Source of the DNA: Candidatus Bathyarchaeia archaeon
GTDB lineage: Archaea > Thermoproteota > Bathyarchaeia > Bathyarchaeales > Bathycorpusculaceae
Assembly (NCBI GenBank): GCA_038883775.1
Contig: JAVZLM010000001.1
Coordinates: 161,241-225,240, forward strand
Direction of reading: 5' to 3'
DNA length: 64,000 bases
Positions 58,114-64,000 of the stretch are shown here, piece after piece. Each line of letters opens with the position of its first letter. The first letter of the stretch is position 1. The notes under the pieces were generated by a model, which searched no databases, was not told the DNA's origin, and saw nothing but the letters and a program-made list of their open reading frames with translations. The position numbers were made by a program, and so were the translations under genes.

Positions 58114-58886
58114 AGAACTTTGAAAAAAAGAGGGTTAAGACTAAAAGTTCTGGTCAACTTTTGATAGTGGCAGCCTTAGCCATCGCCATCCTCATATCCT
58201 CAACAACAATATACGTTTACGAACTCAGCCGAGAAAAAACCGTCGCACAAGATCGGTTAACAAGTGAGGTTGTATTCGCCATAAAACAAGCTTCAAGAAA
58301 CGCTGTCATAAGTGCATTGGCAAACGCTTCAAAGGGCGGAGAAAAATTAGTCTTGGAAACAAACTTGGACGTTCTTTCTCAAGTTTGTAGAAGCCTAACT
58401 CAGTTCGGAATATGCAACCTATCCTTCACTCTTCTAAGCGATTCAAACTATGCTGATGGCATACGGCTTTCATGGAGCGACACCAACGGCTTGGGAGTTT
58501 CAAGCGCTTACGCAGATTTCACATTAAGGCTTTACGGTTTAAGGGTCAACCTTACAGCCAATTACAGCGTCAACATAACAACCTCCATCACACTGGATGG
58601 TTACTACACAACAATTAACGACTCAGAGAAGCTTGTTAGTTTATTATGCCAAGTTTTGAATGATGGGCAACCAACCCTAGCTAAAAACATAATATTATAT
58701 TATAAAAACTCTGGAGTTTGGTTGCCCGTTACCTCATCTAACAACCTTTCCATAACAGATTATGGCAACGGCACCTACATCATATCCTTTACAGTCGTCA
58801 CAGATTCTGATGTGCAAGTATCAGTTTATGTCACAGATTTACGCGAGGTATTCGTTCAAGCGAACAAAACATGCTATGAAGTATAA
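58110..58886 (+). CDS. Minor pilin-like protein
   Basis: KSSG/QLLIVAAL class III-like leader; ATGA overlap. Confidence 0.7.
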   Translation: MKNFEKKRVKTKSSGQLLIVAALAIAILISSTTIYVYELSREKTVAQDRLTSEVVFAIKQASRNAVISALANASKGGEKLVLETNLDVLSQVCRSLTQFGICNLSFTLLSDSNYADGIRLSWSDTNGLGVSSAYADFTLRLYGLRVNLTANYSVNITTSITLDGYYTTINDSEKLVSLLCQVLNDGQPTLAKNIILYYKNSGVWLPVTSSNNLSITDYGNGTYIISFTVVTDSDVQVSVYVTDLREVFVQANKTCYEV

Positions 58887-58958
58887 ACCGCTAAAGGATT
58901 TTTCGAGCCGTTTAAATATGCAGTTTTCCTTTTAAAGGAAACATAGTGAGGCTTTGGG

Positions 58959-59651
58959 ATGGCTGCCGAAAAGCATGAGTGGCGTAATCTTTTTACGCTT
59001 TTGAAGTTGGCTGAGATGGGGGCGCACCGTAGAACTGCAAAAATTTCTTCAGAGTATTTGGCTAGAAAACTAGGCGCTTCTCAGCAGACGGCTTCCCGCT
59101 ACTTGATTGAGTTGGACAATATGGGTTGGATTAAAAGGACCATAACGCCTGACGGCTGCCTAATAAAAATCACTGATTCTGGACTTAAAGAGTTGAAAAA
59201 GCTTTATTCGAATCTGCACTTTTTAATGGAAGCTCAATATCCGCCATCAATAACTTTAGAAGGTGTTGTTTTTAGTGGTTTGGGTGAAGGCGCCTACTAC
59301 ATTTCAAAAGAGCCTTACCGAAAACAGTTTATAGAAAAATTGGGTTTCGACCCATATCCAGGAACGCTTAATTTGAAGCTTACTACGGATTATGATGTTA
59401 AAACTCGTTCTGAACTTGAGGCTTACCCAGCCATTGAAATTGAAGGTTTCAGAAACGAAAATCGCACCTTTGGACCAGTGAAGGCTTACCCCGCAATAAT
59501 AGAGAATAAAGTGAAGGGCGCCCTCGTTTTGGCTTTAAGAAGCCATTATGACGCTTCAGTGATTGAAGTCATTGCTTCTGTTTTTTTGCGGAAGCACCTT
59601 AAACTCAAGGATGGACACAAAGTTAAGGTAGAAGTTTTAACACTTCCATGA
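58959..59651 (+). CDS. ribK: HTH-fused CTP-dependent riboflavin kinase/regulator (RbkR)
   Basis: LGASQQTASRYL HTH; SGLGEGAYY, FDPYPGTLN, LKDGHKV. Confidence 0.92.
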   Translation: MAAEKHEWRNLFTLLKLAEMGAHRRTAKISSEYLARKLGASQQTASRYLIELDNMGWIKRTITPDGCLIKITDSGLKELKKLYSNLHFLMEAQYPPSITLEGVVFSGLGEGAYYISKEPYRKQFIEKLGFDPYPGTLNLKLTTDYDVKTRSELEAYPAIEIEGFRNENRTFGPVKAYPAIIENKVKGALVLALRSHYDASVIEVIASVFLRKHLKLKDGHKVKVEVLTLP

Positions 59652-59661
59652 AGGGGTTTCA

Positions 59662-60429
59662 ATGAGTGTTCATCGTTTAAACAACAAAGTGTATGGTGTT
59701 ATTGGGCTTTTCCATCCTTCAAGCAGTGCTGGCGGTACAAATGCGGGATTTATCATAACAGAAAATTCCATTGTTCACGTCGATGCAGGTATGACGATTG
59801 CAGATGGAAGCTATCTGTTGGAACAGTCAAGGAAAATGGCTGGAAGAAAAGATAACCTTATTCTTATCCTTACCCATCATCATTCAGACCACATTTTCGG
59901 TATGCGAGTATTCAAAGAAGCTGGCGCAAAAGTTATTACCCATGAAAATGTTCGTAAGTTTCTCTCCCATAGGACATATCATACTTGGTTTAAGCCAATT
60001 ATCAATTCGTATAAAGCATTAATAATTAAGCTTATGGTTAAAGAGTCTTTATACACTAAAGAAAAAGCTGAGGAAATACTTGGCGATGTAAAACTTTTTC
60101 TGCCTGATGAAACTTTCACCAAAGATACCGCTCTTCAAGTAGATGATGATGAGTTACTGCTGCTTTACACTCCTGGACATGTGCCAAGTGAAATATCAGT
60201 TTACCATCCAAAATCAAAAACGCTCTTTGCTGGCGATACCATTTACGAGGGAATGCCCTTAACCACAAGATTTGGAGGACAAAAAGAGTGGAGATTGTGG
60301 ATACAAAGTCTTGAAAAGCTAAATAAACTTGACATAGAAAACATTGTGCCCGGTCATGGAAAGATCTGCGGTAAAGATGAAATTCAAAGAAACATCGCCT
60401 ATCTAAAAAATCTTTTAGGTAAACGCTAA
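59662..60429 (+). CDS. Metallo-beta-lactamase-fold hydrolase
   Basis: THHHSDH, TPGH, FAGDT, VPGHG. Confidence 0.88.
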   Translation: MSVHRLNNKVYGVIGLFHPSSSAGGTNAGFIITENSIVHVDAGMTIADGSYLLEQSRKMAGRKDNLILILTHHHSDHIFGMRVFKEAGAKVITHENVRKFLSHRTYHTWFKPIINSYKALIIKLMVKESLYTKEKAEEILGDVKLFLPDETFTKDTALQVDDDELLLLYTPGHVPSEISVYHPKSKTLFAGDTIYEGMPLTTRFGGQKEWRLWIQSLEKLNKLDIENIVPGHGKICGKDEIQRNIAYLKNLLGKR

Positions 60430-60431
60430 CT

Positions 60432-61052
60432 TCAAGGGTAAGAATAGCTATACTTGTATATTGTTCTGGTCTTTCGTGCTGCCGCTAACCAATACCCTAT
60501 TGATAATCCCACAACCAAACCGCCAAAATGCGCTAGAAAGTTCACGCCCGGACGGATGTTAATAATAAACAAAAAGAAGGCGTACATTAATGCGGTCATT
60601 ATTGACTGGCCGACCGCACGTCGAATATAAATAATGCATGCTCCGAACATTCCAAAAATGGCTCCAGAAGCTCCGGCAGAAACAAAAAGAACTCTTGGGG
60701 CGCTGTAAGGTCCAAAAGCTAATGACAAAAGGTTTCCAGCTAAACCGCTTAGAAAGTATATTATAAGGTATTCTTGGATGTTAAACATTTCTTCCGCTCT
60801 AAGCCCAAAAATAAGCAGGAAAAACATGTTACCCAATAAGTGTATAATGCTGACATGGACAAACATGGATGTAAAAAGTTGCCAATACCAACCTTGATAT
60901 AAAACATAGAAGTTTACTTGACCATAATACAAAATCACCTCATTGCTGGTTTCTATAAAGTTTCCGCCAATTACCGATGTATAAATGTAAACAATTATGT
61001 TCAATGCTATGATTACGTAAGTCGGCATATACTTTTTAGAACTCTTAAACAT
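60432..61052 (-). CDS. Rhomboid intramembrane serine protease
   Basis: TSMFVH..HLLGNM, GASGA, AHFGG. Confidence 0.92.
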   Translation of the reverse strand: MFKSSKKYMPTYVIIALNIIVYIYTSVIGGNFIETSNEVILYYGQVNFYVLYQGWYWQLFTSMFVHVSIIHLLGNMFFLLIFGLRAEEMFNIQEYLIIYFLSGLAGNLLSLAFGPYSAPRVLFVSAGASGAIFGMFGACIIYIRRAVGQSIMTALMYAFFLFIINIRPGVNFLAHFGGLVVGLSIGYWLAAARKTRTIYKYSYSYP

Positions 61053-61058
61053 GACTTT

Positions 61059-61526
61059 TCATCTTTTAAAATCTTCAATAATTTTCTGCTTAATTTTTGA
61101 GGAACTGTCCAATTCGTCCTCTCCAAACTTTCCAATTTTCACAATCTTTATTCTTAATCCCTTGGCTTTCACGTAATTTTTCACGGCTAGCTCCATATTA
61201 TCTTGGTCGTATCCCACAACAATAACGTCTGGCTTAATTTTCTCAACAACCTTCCCAATGTCAAATTCTTCATAACCCAAAATAGCTTCATCCACAACTT
61301 TCAAGGATTCCACCAAAGCTCGTCTTTGATGTTCCGGCATTATGGGCTTCTTTCCTTTCCGCTTTTCAACCGTGCTGTCTCTTGCTATAATAACTATTAG
61401 CTCAGCGTTTCTGCCCCCAGCTTTTTTCGCTTCTTCAAGATATCGCACGTGCCCCAAGTGTAGTAGGTCGAATACGCCTGAAGCCAGAACTATCTTTCTT
61501 TTTCTCTTTTCCCCTTTTTCGGCCAC
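61059..61526 (-). CDS. ribL: Archaeal FAD synthase
   Basis: SGVFDLLHLGH, IARD, KPDVIVVGYDQ, SSSKIK. Confidence 0.85.
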   Translation of the reverse strand: MAEKGEKRKRKIVLASGVFDLLHLGHVRYLEEAKKAGGRNAELIVIIARDSTVEKRKGKKPIMPEHQRRALVESLKVVDEAILGYEEFDIGKVVEKIKPDVIVVGYDQDNMELAVKNYVKAKGLRIKIVKIGKFGEDELDSSSKIKQKIIEDFKR

Positions 61527-61777
61527 TCAAACTTCACGGCTCCCAACAGTCTTAATGCGTCCAACAAGCCTTCGCAGTAAGCAACAGAAGCCAAGCTTAC
61601 CTCAAATCTCTTTCTATCCATATAATACTTTGCATCATCCAGATAGGCTTTAGCAAACTCCACAACCCCATTAACACTTTTAGTATCAAATGTGAATGGA
61701 GTTTCAGAAATCTGCAAGTCATTAAAGACTTTTTCAGCAGAAGCTATATACTTTGAAACAAGCTCCTCCAAACTCAC
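61490..61777 (-). CDS. DUF357 family protein
   Basis: AKAYLDDAKYY..SLASVAYCEGLLDALRLLG. Confidence 0.85.
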   Translation of the reverse strand: MSLEELVSKYIASAEKVFNDLQISETPFTFDTKSVNGVVEFAKAYLDDAKYYMDRKRFEVSLASVAYCEGLLDALRLLGAVKFEWPKKGKREKER

Positions 61778-62571
61778 ATAACCATCTCCATAACTTTTTT
61801 GGGGGCTTCAGCCAATGTTATGAGGGCTTCCGCTTCCATAAAATGGAGCTTTGCTGGAAAGATTAGGCTGTATGGTGGTTCTCCAAAATCATAGTTCAAA
61901 AGCGTTTTTACGAAGTCGGCTTTTACTGTTGGGTTGGGGCTTCCTGCTCTGGCTACTCCAACGGCGAGGGTTTCCGTTGTGACGGCTTTCTTTTTCTTTT
62001 TCTCTTCCACTTTTAAAAGCATTTTTAAACCTTCACTAATTTTTAGGCAGCGTTTTTCTTCAGCTTTTATATCTAATAGGCAGAGGGTGTGAAGCCCACT
62101 CATCTTGTTTTGGGCTATAACCTCATAGGGCGTTTCTGAAGGGTTCTCTGGGAATGGTATCGTAACGCTTTTTCCAAACTTGTAATTGTGCAAGCCACAC
62201 AAGCCCACCGCAGCCGAAATTATGGATGCACTGTGAACTAACCGAGTTTTTATTCCAAGTTTTTGGGCATGTATCCTTATGGCTATATGGGTTGTTGCAA
62301 TCAGCGGATCTCCTGGAACAAGCAGCACAGCCTTACCCTTCATAGCCGCTTCCATTATGATTTTTCCATTTTCCTCCTCAAGTTCCTTTCGCGAGACCAT
62401 CCGAACACTTTTTCCAGAAAGGGCTTCAAACCGTTTTATTGAAAAATTTGGCATAAGATTCGTGTAAAGTTCTATGAAAACACTTTCTGCAGTTTTAACC
62501 TCCTCCAAGCCCCGCAAACTTATTCCCAACTCGTCGTGCAAACCAAGTCCAACAAAGACTATTTCGCCCAA
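61774..62571 (-). CDS. dph5: Diphthine synthase
   Basis: FVGLGL, ELYT, GDPLIATTH, GLHNYKFGKSVT, GLHTLCLLDI, LHFMEAEAL; start TTG 62571 (ORF from 62700). Confidence 0.93.
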   Translation of the reverse strand: MGEIVFVGLGLHDELGISLRGLEEVKTAESVFIELYTNLMPNFSIKRFEALSGKSVRMVSRKELEEENGKIIMEAAMKGKAVLLVPGDPLIATTHIAIRIHAQKLGIKTRLVHSASIISAAVGLCGLHNYKFGKSVTIPFPENPSETPYEVIAQNKMSGLHTLCLLDIKAEEKRCLKISEGLKMLLKVEEKKKKKAVTTETLAVGVARAGSPNPTVKADFVKTLLNYDFGEPPYSLIFPAKLHFMEAEALITLAEAPKKVMEMVM

Positions 62572-62674
62572 CGCCTCAACCTCAACAACAAAATATGAAT
62601 GATAATTCTTAAAAACTATTGACCTTTTATTGGTATCATGGAAACTTAAAATTGGTTTAGATATATAAAGAGGG

Positions 62675-63557
62675 ATGAATTTGTCGGTTGTCAAATACAA
62701 TTTGAAAACATTTCACGTGCAAGTGCTTTTGGTAGCGCTTATTTTTTGCGCATTTGGTGGATTTTACGAATTCGTTTCTCCCACTTTACCATTGTTTCTT
62801 CACGAATTAGGTTATACGCCCGCAGAATTTAGCTTCATAACTTACATTTTAAGCGTGATTGTTTTCATTTTAGATTCTGCCCTATTTTTTGTCATTTTAT
62901 ATTCAATTTGCAAGCACAATTTTATGGAAAACATTGCAAACACTATCATATCACTGATAATCGGCACTGTTGTGGGTTATTGGATTGGCGGGTTATTGGG
63001 CTTATTGATGACATTTCCAAGATTTCCACCATCTCCCTCCATTTTTACTATAAGCATTTTGTTGTCAGAGTTCGGCGCATGTTCCACCGCCTACCTAAAC
63101 ACAAAATGGGAACATTTAACGCCAAGAACAAGCATAGCTTCTGAGCGTCCCTTCGGTGTTGTTCTTGTAAGTGCGCTTTACATAATATTAAGCCTATTAT
63201 CAACAGTTTCAGCCTTAATGTTAGTTGGGCTTTCCAGCCTTAGACTTGACGTTCTTTTTAACAAAATCTTCCTCTTATTACCGTTAATTGTGCTGTTTTC
63301 TGTTTTGTCTATTGCATACTGCTTTATTGCCTATGGATTTTATAGAGGCAGAAGGTGGGCTTGGTTCACAGTTTTCGCCTTTACTTTAATGGGCATACTA
63401 TTATCCATAAAACCAGTTAATTCTCGCCTTCCATTTTGACATACTCTTTATACTTAGAATTCTAGTGCTTTTAATCGACACATTCATCTTCATTTATCTA
63501 ATACAACCTGGCGTAAGAATATATTTTGGAATAATAAACCCCATGTCGGAAAGCTAA
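62675..63557 (+). CDS. Multi-pass membrane protein, with an apparent 1-nt frameshift at 63409-63412
   Basis: ORF 62675..63439 has RPFGV...GRRWAW; removing one A restores another TM ending YLIQPGVRIYFG...stop at 63557. Confidence 0.65.
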
Positions 63558-63604
63558 ACTTATTAAAGTGCTATTAAACTGCATAAATAGAAAAGCCTAA
63601 AGGT

Positions 63605-63710
63605 GGGCCCGTAGCTCAGTAAGGTTAGAGCGGCGGACCAAACCGCTGCACGGGTTGGGTTGAGGCTCTTAACCCGTAGGTCCCGGGTTCAATTCCCGGC
63701 GGGCCCGCCA
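63605..63710 (+). tRNA. tRNA-Lys(CTT) with 28-nt intron (63637-63664) at position 30/31, encoded CCA
   Basis: Acceptor GGGCCCG/CGGGCCC, D-arm GCTC/GAGC, anticodon arm GCGG|G-CTCTTAA-CCCGT, T-arm CCGGG-TTCAATT-CCCGG, GCCA end. Confidence 0.93.
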
Positions 63711-63713
63711 TCT

Positions 63714-64000
63714 ATGAGTCTTGTATCCCATAGGGGTTCTTTTGAAAGTTTGTTTGTGCGGTCATTGAACCCGGGACCTACGGGGCTTTCTAAGGAAGAG
63801 TTTTTGAGGCATTGGAGTGAGTGGGGGGCTGAGCGGGAACGTCAGAAGTGGGCGGAGTATTGGCATAGTGTGGAGTTGCAGGTTCCTTTGGCTTGTCGAG
63901 AGAAGATTTTGAAGACTGGGGTGGTTTTGCAGCGGAAAGTAGAACATGGAAGACTTATTGAAGCTAAGGCTAGGGAGTATTATCATATTCTTTTGAAGTT
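63714..64000 (+). CDS. Partial ORF running off the window (possible integrase or first gene of an integrated element)
   Basis: ATG 63714 MSLVSHRG...LNPGPTGLSKEEFLRHWSEW...KAREYYHILLK with no stop; G/T-rich composition shift. Confidence 0.45.
   Translation, partial: MSLVSHRGSFESLFVRSLNPGPTGLSKEEFLRHWSEWGAERERQKWAEYWHSVELQVPLACREKILKTGVVLQRKVEHGRLIEAKAREYYHILLK
63764..63784 (-). repeat. 21-bp inverted copy of the tRNA-Lys 3' half (63673-63693)
   Basis: attgaacccgggacctacggg is the exact reverse complement of cccgtaggtcccgggttcaat. Confidence 0.92.

Noticed and set aside
63762-63986. Minus-strand 74-aa ORF from the track
   Set aside because: Low-complexity shadow; the plus-strand frame from 63714 looks more protein-like.

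Overview
Archaeal chromosomal window; gene content (Dph5, NucS, short XPF, RbkR, pantoate kinase, HdrA-MvhD fusion, BHB-intron tRNA) suggests a TACK lineage, probably Bathyarchaeia (inference). The left third (about 2.9-23.7 kb) is a peptide/amino-acid utilisation island. It holds M28 (frameshifted), M24 and M20 peptidases, a complete Dpp/Opp ABC transporter, a TrpB2-like enzyme with rewired catalytic residues and two DUF4438 paralogs. The lead candidate for a new system is here. Both substrate-binding proteins lack a lipid or TM anchor and end in a dockerin-like domain, and two membrane-anchored cohesin-like proteins are encoded right after the transporter, suggesting cellulosome-style tethering of binding proteins. 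The two dockerin repeats are 100% identical at DNA level between the otherwise diverged paralogs (68 and 100 bp blocks). The rest is mostly housekeeping and metabolism: polyferredoxin + HdrA-MvhD, hbd/crt, a TPL-like lyase divergent from iorAB, tuf/rps7/rps12, CoA and flavin genes, and a type IV pilus locus with a duplicated palindromic operator. The window ends with tRNA-Lys(CTT) carrying a 30/31 intron, followed by an inverted copy of its 3' half inside an unannotated ORF, a possible integrated-element edge. All family calls were made by eye from motifs, with no database searches.
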